From the NCBI GenBank assembly GCA_030141605.1, contig JAQGDQ010000996.1, positions 7,556-71,555 of the forward strand: a stretch of 64,000 bases of DNA, in the 5' to 3' direction. A model generated the notes under the pieces. That model did no database searches, was not told the origin of the DNA, and saw only the letters and a list, made by a program, of their open reading frames with translations. Shown here in pieces: positions 51,601 through 64,000 of the stretch (within the stretch, counting starts at the first letter, position 1; every line of letters starts with the position of its first letter). The position numbers and the translations under genes are program-made. This DNA is from Tubiluchus corallicola (lineage: Eukaryota; Animalia; Priapulida).

Positions 51601-54600
51601 AAATACCACACTGTTTATCATTACCCCATCCACTGGAGGTAGGAATAACATTTTGTGCAGGTTTAAGAGCATCTTCTTCAATACCAACACCTTTTCCTGA
51701 CTGAGAAATCTCCAGCCAAGTAGTAGAGAAAGGATCTTTTGGCTTAACACTTTGAAGAGGTGTACTAGCCTGGCTAATTTTGGAAGATTCTATAATTCGT
51801 TCAGCAACAGAACCAGGAGATCTAATTGATGTATCATGCAATGTGTCAGTTTTATCAGAATTAATAAATGTTTTTCCCTGTAGAGGAACTTGTTGCATTT
51901 TAAGAATATGCTGTTGCGCTTTAATTATATGTTCAATTAATTCTTGCTTACTGACATGCGTAACATCGACAAGTAAATGAAGTGTGCTTGCTACCCTGGA
52001 AAGTTCATCTTTTTTCATTTTATTCAACTGTGTCTTGTTGTAAATAGTTGCCTCAGCCATTCTGCATGAAAACGCACAACTTATAAACAAATAAGATCAC
52101 TTTAATCACACTTGCGCGTATGTACACCAAAAAATTATCAAACAGTCATGCATAATGTCAACCACCGCTTGAAAGGTCGCGCATAATTAATATCCGTACG
52201 AAAAGTATATTCTGCCTACTGTCAGTAGCATACGACTCGTATGTGCGCCGCACTCAAGAGAGCAGAAATAATTCAAGAAAAAGAACAATAGCGGGCGAGC
52301 TAAATTATGGGCACTCAACCCCAACCTCAAGGAAAACTAAAAAATGCTCTACAAACAGTCTCAAAATTTTATAAGTATGGAACTACTGGAAATTCCCTAC
52401 ATAGAATTGCGAGCTGTAGGCTTTTCAATTACAGCAAACTTCTAAGCCAATAAATCAAGAACATATTTGGACTGAAAATATCAACAAATTTGTCCTATAC
52501 AGTTAACGAAAGTAATAAATTTGGCTTCCTGGGTCTGTACGCAAAGCTCTAGTTTAACGCAACTATATAGCAAAATACTGTATTGTGCTACAAACAGGAA
52601 ACGATTTCAAAACGTAAACAATTCACGTAAATACATTAAGCACAATTTTAGGCCACTCAGTCATAAAATCCAGTAACAACCAGTAAACAAACCGTTATCA
52701 CCAAAAAACTACTGGTAACTTCTGACACCAATTGTGACGACCACTGGCACCATTTTTGACTCTCTATGGTGTATTGTATAAAAGAATAAATAGTTTTGTC
52801 AGGAATGCAAAATAGGGGTTGCCTTTTACTTTATCCGAGCACGCCAGAGTTCATCACATGTGGATAAAAACAATTTTTAATACTAATTTTTTTTAAGGCA
52901 AGTGGTTTTTATCCAGACTTTTTTAACGAGGGTCCTAGTAGTTTGATTAAAACTGATGCTATTTTAGGCCATTATAATTTGTACTTAGAAATGACGAGGA
53001 CGAACAGGAGGACAAACAAACGTGATTGCTTTGTTTATAAAAAAAACGTGTAAAAATTATTTAGTGGTAATTTCAAAAATCATATTTCTACAAATCACTT
53101 ACATACATACATATAACGCAAGAATTCAGTTAACCCCATCCCAGGTATAATAGGAAGAGAGGAGAGGATAATTACCGAAGAGTTCCATTGTCGCTGCAGC
53201 TGTACCAATGGGCTAGCCTCAGGTCGTGATACCGTGGGTCCAGTTATCCAGGATCACATCTCCAGAATCAAGAAACCACACTGCTGGGGCTCACGCATTG
53301 CAGACTCCACCACCAGGGTGTTAGAAACAAGGATCCAGGGTCTCGAAACGTCTCCGTTTACTCCTATACTGTAGGAGTCAGCAAATGACGGAGGAAAGGA
53401 GAAAAGTTCCTCGTTCCCAGTCTTCAACTAGGCAACCTCCTTAGGCAGTTCCAAACTCCACCCAACAACCGTCATGATCTACGTGGCCAGATTACGAACA
53501 CGACGAAGTTTCCTGCATACTAGTAACACTGCCTAGGAACCGTTTGGTTTCCTCTCAGAGAAATTTGATTACACTGAGAACACCAAAACTAGCGAACTCA
53601 TTATGAGATCTCAAAAGTTACGAGACCTCAAACCTGCTGCAACAAAACGCGTAGCTTCAAAAACAGCTCAAACCCGCAATGGCGACAGTAAGGAAAAATC
53701 ACGGTTCAATGCTTTTCCAGGAGCGCGAAAATTATCCTGTAACCATTCAAGACATGTGACAGGAAGATCGCCATCAAACAGGGAAAAGGGGAGAGGTATT
53801 AAAGGATGGACAGAAAACCAACCCAAACATAAAAAAGAAATGAATATTTTATTTGGAGTACAAAATGAACTTTAGCATAATTTTAATACGGACGAGGACG
53901 TCTGTGACGTCACAGTACAGTAATGTAACCAACCAATCAAATCAAAGTACAGTGATGTAACTAATCAATCAAATCAAAGCACAGTGAAGTAAGTAACCAC
54001 AGACATCAAAGCACAAGGATAAAACTAACCAATCGCTAAGATTAACCTGATCCCCGTAACCTGGAGTGTCCACCACAGTCAACCTCAATCGCACTCCTTT
54101 CTCCTCGATGTCCATGTGTTTTTTCTCTATCTGCGTCGTTTTACTGATCCTGTCTGCAATAAAAAAATCAATAAATGAGCGGGTGGTAGTCAACGTGTCA
54201 GACTAAAATCAGTGGGGCGTTAAAGTCTATTCCAACGACTGTTTGCAAAGTCAGAAGTCTGCAACACTTTTGAGCAATATGTGAGCTGTCAATTGCTGTA
54301 GTTTTAATTATAACAACAATGTATATGTATGTTAAACTAAAAATGTACGATGATTATTTGCACATGTACCAAATGTTAACATTTTAATATATTCCTTTCC
54401 TTTTTTTATTTCTACTATTTAAGCACTTTAGTACAACATTTGCACTTCACATCAGTATTTATCGATGGCATTAATAAAAAACACAAGATGAAAAATTTCT
54501 AAACTTAAATTTGATATCGCATTTAAGCACTTGTCTAGATTGAAATATGCATGAGCATCTACTTCCTAACACCACCTTTCATCAAAACACATAAATTAAA

Positions 54601-57537
54601 ACTGTTTTACGAGATTAAAATATTGACTACTTTCGCACTGTACACAACATTATGCATTTTTTATGCAATTTTTTCATAACGTTATGAGATCAATTTTATA
54701 TGTAGGAACTTGCTTATACAAAATGCTACACTACTCATGCCGAAACACAAGCAGAGCAGGCTTACTAAGACCAAATAAACTTTACCACAAATTCACGAAC
54801 TTATGCATAAATCATTTTAAGTCATAGAATACTCTTGTGCTATTTTCAGATTCATAATGGTCAATAAATGCATTTCTATGGTTAAATGAAATTCTAATCT
54901 TCTCAATCTCTAGGGCCCTATTCTACACTACACGTGCAGTAAATAACATTTCAAAGTTCAACTTCAACCTGCAGTTTTCTCATTGTTCCTTAACCATGAT
55001 GTTTACCACTCAGTTTATGTTCAAACCAATCTTGCAACAGTGTTACCTTCAATAACTCTATAAGAAATACTCTTTTATGAAAGTAAGCCTATAAAAAACT
55101 AGATAACTAGTTATTTCTATACTATCAGTGACTCGATACCGTACTTTAACAAAGCTTCACTCACAATTTGAGTCGATTTAAAAAAACACAATGTATTCAA
55201 AGATGATGGTACATATTTCAACAAAATACTATGATAAACGTATCGGGTTGTTCTTAGACAACAATAAATGAACCGATACTAGGTATGCAAATGTGGAAAC
55301 GCAAAAACGGTCGTTCCCTTATGAACGAGAAATTTGCACTCCGGGCCTTTGCATCCGAGTAATGCCTATAATATTTGCATAAACCACCTCTTTAACATAA
55401 GGTCCTCTCAATTTGCCTTTTCTTTCAAAACTTCCGAAGCCCATATGTTCTCTCTACCATCACTCTATCCAGTGCCCTTCATCTATTTGACTCATAACCT
55501 CAATTACGCATCTGCCACACAATTTCTTCACTAACTACCAGAATACATCGCTTACATTCATATGAACGCATCAATAACGCATAGACGATCACTCCTGATC
55601 TTGCAAGATTATTAATGAATTCAATTAGCCATTTAACGACTACAAGATTCATGAAACTAGATAAACCGCCATTTATTTCTAGGAACATTATGCATTTGTA
55701 AAATTTGCAGGTTGGATCATCGAGCTATTACAGCTATGGCTAGAAATATGAATCCAACAGATGACTCACTTCAATCAGGTCGGCCATATAAGTGTGAGAT
55801 TATCTCCAACTTACGTTGAGACTGGAAAAAGACATTTAACCTTTGACCTTTTCACAATCATCTTCAGTTGCTGGAACTGTGAAAAAGTTTGTTTTTGAAG
55901 AGTAACACGTGGCTGCCAGGGTTTTTGTACAATAAATTGAAGATGTGGTGATAGTCTGACACGCGTACAAAGTTTTTCACTTTATAGATGGCAGCACTTG
56001 GTGTACTGGAAAGATTGCTGTGTTGTGCACATCTACTTTTATAGTTTTGTATTGCTTGTTGCAGCCTGGCATTGCTGTTGTATATTTCAAATTATTTCTG
56101 ATGTAAATCTTTCTAAACATTATATCTGAGTTTGGTGTTCACATTTACCATAGGATATAGTAAATATTTTGAAACACAAAACCTTTTGATGTCAAGAAAT
56201 AATCTGCTACATTATGTTACGTTAAATGTGCTGTTAAAGGAAAACAGAACAATTATCTAAACATTAGTTCAAAACAAAGTCTAAAATATTGAAAACTACA
56301 ACAGCTTGTTTTCAATCAAAGCTTAGATTAAATAATAAGTTGCCTTGGATATTTTATTAAATATTCAAAGCTAAGCACAGTTCTGCGAATCTACTAAGAC
56401 TGGCAATGGCATCCTTTTGTCACATTCGCATGGCCGACAAATAGATGCCGTACTGTGATAAGCATGATCATAAACTGTGATGCTCGTCAGTGACATCAGT
56501 GTGATGTAGAGCTCATGTTCGTGACATCACATCAACGTCTTATAGCCAATCTTTGCTTACGCAAACCTGCTAGACGTGCAGGGAGGATGCCTATCATTGC
56601 ACAAACTTGGTTAGTTTGTGACATAAGCCATAGCTGTGTTCGGTTGCCATTAATTAACTTTCCAAAAATTAATTATTCAAATATTAGAAACAATTGCTAA
56701 CATTTATAGGCATGTCTATGTATATTTCTGACAGTAAATTAAAATGAGATTGAGTCTAGTCAATCGCCCGGTTTTCCTTTAAAAGTGTGCACGCTGCTGT
56801 GCCATTTGAACAACTTACCTTCCACACTTGGTACAGCCCTGTTCTTATAAAGATCCGTGAGGAACAAACTATTAATCAAAGTTGATTTTCCCAAACCAGA
56901 TTCGCCTAGAAAAACAAAAAAGCATTCAGTTTTAAAACAATGCAGCAAGATAAGAATACTCTGGTGTTAATTCACTAAACTAACAGAGGTACCAGATTGT
57001 ACCAGCCGTGAAACTTACTCTAGTTTAACATATTTACATTTATATTTGTAAGAAAGGAAATCGATTTTTTTACGGATATAAGTACACTCATAAACTATGA
57101 ACTTTATTAAACTGTGTGTAATAATCGTACAAACAATTGTAAGGAACATGCTTATTTGAACTGTAATCCGCTTTGATTTTCCACTAACACACCGCAAACT
57201 GTTATGACTTTGCTACTACAAATACTACCATCAAGCGACAATTAGGAAATAGGCAATAAAGGTATAATTTCTTGGGTGTCATCATGGGTGGTGATCGAAA
57301 ATCGATTATTTACTAATTTTTGTAATTTATGTATGTTAAAGCAGGTGACTGCGCAGCCGTAATCAACACTCAACTGATTCATCATTGTCAAAATTTTGAT
57401 TGTGAGTTGAACTTTTTTATAACATTACAGTAAATGAAAGAAAACGTACCGACGACCATCAGGGTAAAGTCAAAACCACGCTTGAGTGTCTTCCGGTGTA
57501 TCTGCTCAGGCAAATTAGCAAAACCGATCTCTCCAGA
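33637..57537 (-). CDS. Septin, SEPT2 group (SEPT4/5-like), multi-exon gene span; 5' end uncertain
   Basis: Exons 57537-57450, 56905-56819, 54153-54030, 44537-44403, 43314-43197, 42951-42850, 41201-41053, 40415-40308, 34256-34178 and 33699-33637 in consistent phases. Motifs [73 protein letters not shown] and HYENYR; short coiled-coil C-terminus. Confidence 0.92.
34827..36137 (+). CDS. LINE ORF1 (gag-like; resembles the DUF4780-type ORF1 of LOA elements)
   Basis: Open frame from the first ATG at 34827; basic low-complexity N-half, SYAKAVK motif, VWIP...LLTLVDRCN segment; family assignment is from memory. Confidence 0.75.
   Translation: MYKKEKSSSARLTTLTKLKPAGNKPVKAGSSREPNLKPEQPEITEFLEEKKTDDMQVSEKGNPWTTKTSKGSASSECTLNTVPAPEGVDTRNPGAPNEPSKPEESKPMGKNHEKNRRKKEKRRLLKGVSAMSIANQEEAPTPNPSVVKKRTSSALSTPSPISNVKRPRGDSGQAGRKGEEGQKGEGTEGSSKASYAKAVKSGGQHLKITKKDAGEDPLDGSDLRAIQSGINRVLLRTDPGFLVRIERTYLHEGKVHVMCKDEKTLEWAKQLVLDIENPSVGHPGYEARGPKDLPPARTFGVWIPDEDDIKIEDLLTLVDRCNSELQRKHMEVRGGSKGVGGMLHVVAVWEPSLSGLERLEFAPYAGCKRVTFQSKKKKKKENQGKAKEPETPVQTVDKGPEVSTEGGKTPDVATGTKELPSVEQSQMKAPESSMET
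36150..39942 (+). CDS. LINE ORF2: APE endonuclease, RT, RNase H and CCHC finger, with one frameshift near 36420-36432
   Basis: WQINLHKS and VQEPW in one frame, continuing as [71 protein letters not shown] and CPKC...HHVGRC in the +1 frame. Confidence 0.9.
42014..42817. mobile_element. Kolobok-like non-autonomous element, copy 2
   Basis: TIRs TTGAAGGAAAAGTTGAGTC ... GACTTGACTTTTCCTTTAA; homologous to 17940-18545. Confidence 0.65.
44935..45060. repeat. 32-bp minisatellite, left half; continues at 53915-54033 beyond the LTR insertion
   Basis: Unit AACCAATCAAATCAAAGTACAGTGATGTAACT on both sides of the LTR element. Confidence 0.9.
45061..46240 (-). repeat. 3' LTR (1180 bp)
   Basis: Nearly identical to 52733-53914; preceded on the minus strand by PPT GGGGGAGGG (about 46245-46253). 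Confidence 0.95.
47164..52060 (-). CDS. gag-pol polyprotein (SCAN-like capsid, CCHC knuckle, protease, integrase, RT, RNase H), frameshifted near 47806
   Basis: [14 protein letters not shown]; RDSGAT protease; HHCC zinc finger plus [21 protein letters not shown] integrase core and GPY module; [20 protein letters not shown] and YIDD RT; TDAS/ELE/ADALSR RNase H in the next frame. Confidence 0.93.
52718..52730 (-). promoter_or_regulatory. Primer-binding site complementary to tRNA-Leu
   Basis: TGGTGTCAGAAGT, 2 nt after the 5' LTR, is complementary to the ...ACTTCTGACACCA 3' end of metazoan tRNA-Leu(CAA). Confidence 0.8.
52733..53914 (-). repeat. 5' LTR (1182 bp)
   Basis: TG...CA ends; I counted about 5 substitutions and 2 homopolymer indels against the 3' LTR by eye. 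Confidence 0.95.
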
Positions 57538-59241
57538 CTGTAAACAAAAGCACTGCCATGAACTTTAAATAAATTGTTCGTGCAAGAAATGACAGTCATC
57601 ACAGGAAGAGATGCAAAAAATATAGTCTACACAAAACATAAAGAATATTGTACAACAGTGTTAAGCCAGAAGAAAATAGTGATAGTCTGCACAGACATAT
57701 TTATAACACTTGCGTGACAGTGACGAATGATGACACGGGAAACTACAGAAGTCAATAGACAGACAGACATACAGATACATAGATAGCCAGATAGATAGAC
57801 AGACAGATAGACAAACAGATAGGTAAAATCTGTCTTTGTCAACTAAAAATTTATATATACAAGGTAAAAGTAGCTCATTACGAATTTGAAACATCAATTT
57901 TTCACACTATGACTGACGGCAACATGTCACTGTTGTCACGCCGTTTAGCCATGAAAAAAATCGATTTTCCGAAACAACTACTGACACAGTTTTCTAGCTA
58001 ATGATCAACTTTCCTTCTTCCTAGGCGGGCAAAAGCAAATTAAATTTCCACAATCAATCGCCACGCTATTGCTATAATCACCAATGAAGGCTACAGTTAC
58101 AGCAAAATCTCGCGCATTATTCCAACGTTACATTCTTAAGCGTTCGACAGCACGTGGCTAGAGTGCCACCACTGCTGATTTGGCCCGGAGTCTTCCGAAA
58201 TTAAACTATAGTTCGTAGTTCGGTCGGACTTTTGAAAACTTATGAAATTTCCCGATTTCGACTATTACAATGAAATATAAGTAGGGAAAAACAGAAATAC
58301 AGCTTGCATGCTGTTGAAACTTTGCAAAAATAAGCCAAAAAACCAGACGAGCTTTGGTAAGGTAACTAAGGTAATGAACTTATAAAATTAAGTTTAATGG
58401 GTTGTATGGCTTCATCATTTCACCCCGTCTACGTTTTCACCAGTTTTTGGTGCAGAGAAAATGCTGCAAAGCACGTTAGTTTAATTCACATAACATAAAA
58501 TGCTTAATTTGATTACTAAACCGATACCAAGAAACCTAAGGAAACGTGAGAACTTGTATTAGGACTGGGAAGAAACTCCAAATATTGATGTACAACTGCT
58601 TGCAATTTTGTAAGTTTTACACTTTTAGGGCTTAGAGTAGTTCTCTTGATTTCAAGATCTGAAAAAGATCTCATAAAACATCTAAAATGAAAGAAAAGCT
58701 TGTTTTCCGGGATTCAGTCCCACGCCCCACTGGGGGAACTTACAGACCCCTTAGTTAAGCCTCGACTCCTGACTTCGGTTCGTGATGGGGTGGCAACCGT
58801 AAACCCTAAGCTTGTAACGAATTCGCCCCATTGCCACTCACAAAATACGGTTATTTTCTAAGCAAACAGTTGTGAGTTTATAGTGCAAATAGTCAGAGGA
58901 TCCAAGAGTGAAATGATTTAACCAAGTCGATTTTTTAGGTATTTGTATTGATGCGCTACAGCAGAATATACTGTACTTGAGCACCTGCAGGCCTGACTGT
59001 ATTTGACATGTGGGAGTAGACACGCATTATATATACTGTACTGTATATCGTACACGTTTTGCTTCTTCTGAGCACGTGTACTGCTCTAACGTAGCTAATA
59101 AGTTTGTACTGCGTCCATGGCAACTTAAAACGAAGTCACGATTAGAAAATGTTTAGTGTTTAGTTAGTTGGCAAAAGTTCGAAACACTGCCTAGCCGATT
59201 TTCGACGCGCGTAAGAGCGGGGAGAGGGTGGTTAGACTCAC

Positions 59242-59322
59242 GAAGCAATTGACAGCTCGACGAACTTGCTCTAAGTAGCATTTCAGTTGTGAAATAAAGT
59301 TCAAATAAAGTTCACGACCCAT
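59242..59322 (-). CDS. Candidate first coding exon of the septin
   Basis: ATG-initiated 27 codons ending TTC|gtgagt (strong phase-0 donor, matching the phase of exon 57537); CpG-rich neighbourhood; no homology support. Confidence 0.35.
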
Positions 59323-59998
59323 ATTTAATAGTGCAAAATACTCAATTTTCTTGCGATATAATAATGACAATGATAATGCTATAATGGTGAAGAATTTAAG
59401 TGATGACAATAATATAATACAATGCTTTCAAGTTTTCTACCTCGTTGAAGAGTCGTTAGCTGGCTTACTCGTCATAAGCACAGCCGTAATTAATCATCGC
59501 CCATGTTGTAAAAATGTTAACAACATTCCTATATGGCAGTTTAACGTACGACTGAGGAATACAAAGATGATTTGAAACAATGAAAAAAGAGTACGAGGTC
59601 TCCCCAAGAACAGAGAGCTGACCGTGGGCCTGTCGTTGAAAGACATAAATAATCAATCTTTGATAACCTAAAAAGAATACAATGGGAACATTTCATAAAA
59701 GTCCATTGTGACGAACGTTGAATGTAGCAGACTCGGTTGGAACGTATCTCTGACTATCTGTGATGATGAACTAGGCCCGCGTATCCCTTCACAAAACGTC
59801 ACATCCATTGCCAATTTGCATTATAATTTGTAACAGAATTAAATTTACTTGCTTAAACTTCAAGTTTAACATTTATTATCGGTTAACTTAAATCAGTCGT
59901 TTAACTTTCATAAAAAAAGCTTTTCAATGAGCGAGAAGTAGTAATGTTCAGTCATAGTCTCAGTGTAGCTTAGAAATATTACGTAATGTCGAAGTGTT

Positions 59999-59999
<1 letters not shown>

Positions 60000-60036
<37 letters not shown>

Positions 60037-60120
60037 CCATCATCATCATCCCCATGATGATCGTCATTCATCATCACTACCAATCCATCACCATCATCAC
60101 CAGTCCATCACAATTATCAC
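60000..60120. repeat. (ATC)n microsatellite, degenerating
   Basis: Seen directly. Confidence 0.9.
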
Positions 60121-60302
60121 CATTGCTATTTATATTTAAGTTATATTTAAGTCTACAACATTTTAATACAACTTACACTTGTAATTCTAGCTTATGTGCG
60201 TAAATGTTGGCGCAAATAAAGATTAAAAATAAATACAATGTATAGTAATTACATATGATCAAAATACAGTTCAATAACAGACGAAGGTATAAGTTTTCAC
60301 TC

Positions 60303-61140
60303 AATATAAGAAATCTTCTACTACCCTAAAATACTCGGTGCAGCTGCATAACAAAAATATGTCTTACAAAAGGTTGTTTCGGACAATCTTACTCGGCTCC
60401 ACAGTCAAATATAAGAAATCTTCTACTGCCCTAAAAAACTCGGTGCAGCTGTATAACAAAAGTATGTCTTGCAAAAGGTTGTTTCGGACAATCTTACATT
60501 GTGATGCGTACTACATGTATGATTGTGTATGACTGAATGCATTGTGATGTGTGCTGCGTGTAGGCAATAAATATATTGTGATGTGTGCCATATGAGCTAT
60601 TGTGTGTAATGAATGCATTGTGATATGTGATGCATGCGCGTATTGAATATTTTGATATATTTTGATGTATGATGCCTGTACACACTTAACGCATTGTGAT
60701 CTATGTGCATATTAAATCCATTAGAATGTGTAATGTATGTAGAAAATAAATGTTTTGTGATGTAATACATGTGAATGTAGTATGCATTGTGATGTGGTGC
60801 ATCATGTATGTATTTGCTGAAACCACTGTGATCTGTGCTGTACGTACTCACATAATGCATTGTGATGTGTGCTGTACATACATACAGAATGCACTGTAAT
60901 GTGTGGTGTGCGAATTTTCAGAATGCACTGTGACGTGTGCTGCATATGTGTATATGTATATCGCAATAACAGCAATGTGCATTATGTACATACTGAATGT
61001 ACTGTCATGTGAGCAACAATGTGCTGTATACATATGCGTGGTGAATACACTGTGTGATGTATACTGTTAAGTATTATAGGATGGGATATACGTTGTGTGT
61101 ATTACATACAGTAACATACTGAATGCACATGGCATGTGCA
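60303..61140. repeat. 105-bp direct duplication (60303/60408) followed by a degenerate GAATGCATTGTGATGTGTGCTG minisatellite
   Basis: Seen directly; explains the His/Tyr-rich minus-strand ORFs. Confidence 0.8.
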
Positions 61141-64000
61141 AGAGTTATTGATGTGGTCTGTGAGAAAGGAAATGGTTATTGACTCGGGACGGTCAGCTGG
61201 GTTGCATCTATAGTGTAAATTGTCAGGATGTGGGAAGAAAAACATCTAAACTCGTCGTTTGTTCTTGCCAGATTCTGACGGGCAGTGATTGATAAAATAG
61301 TCATTTCAACAGTGAGGTACCTGCTTATAAGTTAATTTACAGTGTGCAACTTCTAAACAGTAGCTAAGGTCTACAATCCTAAATTCTTTTTGTAACCAAA
61401 GCTTTTGTACAAGAAAGGCTAAACAAGACGGAATGACAATACACAGTATTGAGCAGAGCGAATTAAAAACTGTTCAAACGCGGTTTTGAACCCAAGTCCG
61501 AGTTAGTACTCTGTTAAAGAAGTCACCTCCGTTCCCCTGCTTGCTCTAGTCTTAATCCTCTTTGCTCCTTGATTAAAAGTAATGTACTCCTACTTGAAGA
61601 AAAGGCTCGGTTAGCTAAACTCAAATTACAACCCATTCGATACTGATCTACACCAAATAATTAACTAGAACATTTTATGTGTTTACTGTTTTGTAATAAA
61701 CACGTTTATTATGTTTTCACGCCAGTGGTTGAATGATACGATAAAGAAAGCTCAATAAAGAACGCTTACACTTCCTTAAAACACAAAAACACTCTGCATT
61801 AAAAAAGTTGCTTTGAAATTTTATATGACGTACTTGATGCCTTACTGCATACAGGGCTTGCGTTAACAGCAATGCTAGGTAAAACTTTAAAATTTAGGCT
61901 CTCGCAAAGGCGCAACCATTTTAGCGATAAAACGTTTGAAACAAGTTTAGAAACACCGCAGAAAGTTTGAAAAAATAATCAGAGCATTCATAGCACAGTC
62001 TTCAATAACTAATCTAATCAATTGTAATTACTTTATATTGTCATTAAGATCAATAAAGCGTTTTTGGTGAGCCAATGATGCACACTAGGGTGGCGATACA
62101 GTGCCATTTTACCAGGAATATAATCCAAATATTTTATTAAGAATTTTCTTTTCCAGTTACATATGTGTTTCAAACAAGTTAAGCGAATGCTAAGTAATAT
62201 AACTCTGTATGGAGTTTTTTTTGGGAGACACCATTAAGAAAAGGAGAAATGTGTGTTTTACGAATTACGATTCAAGGACGGTCTAAGAACTGGTTAAACG
62301 GTTCAGGTTTTATCTACGTGTGGCCCGCCCGTATCAAATTTCTCAAACAATTAAACACCATTCAAGCACGGCAGTTTTGGTGTAATTTTCAAATGTGAAA
62401 ATGTTTCCAGGTAAAGGGTTAACGTACGTAGGAAAGGAGTACAACCAACGAATGCTGAATAATTTTTATTACTAGCCTCACTAAGCATAGATTATGAATC
62501 TCTACGATCTATGCTTGAGTGCGTTGGAAAACACAAGCAAATGTTAATTTTCATAGTTTTTAGTAGGCTCTCATTTCATTAAGTTTACATTCGACATCAA
62601 TATCACAGCCACGTAATAAAATACGGTGCCAGTGCTGCGGGTTTTCCGGTTATCCAGTAATGCTTTGACGCGTGGACCAGTTTTAGCATTCTACCCAGCA
62701 AAAAAATACTGTTTAGACTGCAAACCCAAATAACGATGTCCTGCCGGCATATCACTTCTGCCCTAATCATGGATACGCCTCCATTTTAATGATTTTATTA
62801 GCCAGAAATGAAGCCTACAAAGCAGGCCGAAACCTCATTAAACACAGATGTTAGCACTTTAGACTTCCTCCGTGTCAGATTTAAGAGAGAATTAACTGCT
62901 TAGCTCACACTTTGCTAAACCAGCGTATCGCTTACAAACTGAGTTAACTGCAGTGTAGTCTGAACATCTTTTGAAATTGCTTTTATGGACAGATGTTTAG
63001 GCCTGAACCTAGAAAATTGCCCGAAAATTTACGTGGAAGAAAGTTCAGAATTTTATTACATGCAGCTGTCAGCTTTCCCAACTTTTTGTGACTTTATTAT
63101 TTTATAAATCGCCTTACAGCAAACAATGTTGATTGATGTCATGGTAAAAATGTTGATTTGGAGAGACTCTCTTGCGCTGCACCTTCAAAAATTTCGCTTG
63201 AACAGTTTAAAAACTTATACCAAGAATCAGCAAAATGTGCTCGAATTGGGACCTTAACATATTCCTCTAAACAATTAATGTTATCAATTTTATTGCGTTT
63301 TTATACGTCGTGAAGACAATGTATTAAAATTTCCAAGGGTGGGGGCAGCAGAATGAAATATTCTGCAGACATCCTTGGACGTGCAACGTCACCCAACTGG
63401 CATAAGTTTACAACAGTTGTGTAATGTTACCACTTTATTATGACACCCGCTGACGTAAAGGAAGGCCTGTGCTAGAGAACAGATCTGAACATTCTTGCAA
63501 AAATTGGATATTCGTTCTTTTGCTAGTTAAATACTTTATATACTGAGAATACTATAGATACTATTCTCAGTAATTATGCATATATCATTTACTTTGAACT
63601 TAAATAATATAACTTTGTGATTTTTGTGAGCAACCAGGCATAACCAGCTGATATACGCATTTAAAAATAAAATTTTTGCTAAAGACTAACGTACATGGGC
63701 CATGAATGATGCTAATCAAAGACAGATTTTTGTTACTTTAAACGGAACACTTCGGCTCACCGGAAGTCAAAATCCAGCAGTAAATCTACACGACCTACCC
63801 GATGCTATTTTTACGGTATGACTAAAGGTTGGTTTACTACCTAGGCCAATCCTCTATACCCAAGCCAGTGAACCAGAAGAGGTGTCTCAGACACGTTCAG
63901 ATGGATCTATACATCCTTCCTCTACCAGCCAGAATCATTATGGGAAATAAAATCAATGGGATCTTAAAAATGTACTCAGATTTGCTTGTCTTCATTGTTC

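Larger units (their letters stand above)
45061..53914 (-). mobile_element. Full-length Gmr1-type Ty3/gypsy LTR retrotransposon
   Basis: Two LTRs with TGTGACG...CGTCACA ends; TSD GTACA at 45056-45060 and 53915-53919; PBS and PPT present; gag-pol with order PR-INT-RT-RH. Confidence 0.95.

Overview
This is AT-rich, intron-rich metazoan genomic DNA, probably from an invertebrate; the taxon cannot be fixed from the sequence. It is not prokaryotic, so most short ORFs in the track are noise. Four spliced host genes can be rebuilt from GT-AG junctions with consistent phases. They are a C2orf69/UPF0565 homologue (-), a NAP1-like nucleosome assembly protein (+, head-to-head with C2orf69, ending in CKQQ), an LRRC47 homologue (-), and a SEPT2-group septin most like SEPT4/5 (-). 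Three retroelements sit in introns. (1) A 5'-truncated RTE LINE with an 11-bp TSD. (2) A full-length LOA-like LINE with RNase H, a 12-bp TSD, a (TAA)n tail and structured UTRs. (3) A young full-length Gmr1-type Ty3/gypsy element with near-identical ~1.18-kb LTRs, a 5-bp TSD, a tRNA-Leu PBS, a SCAN-like gag domain and the unusual order PR-INT-RT-RH. There are also many MITEs (pogo/Tigger-, piggyBac-, Kolobok- and hAT-like) and minisatellites. The most notable observations are the SCAN-bearing Gmr1 element, two minisatellites whose units are copies of the adjacent splice site (decoy acceptors in NAP1, decoy donors in the septin), and a possible acceptor switch controlling the NAP1 CaaX motif. 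All calls were made by eye, without database searches.
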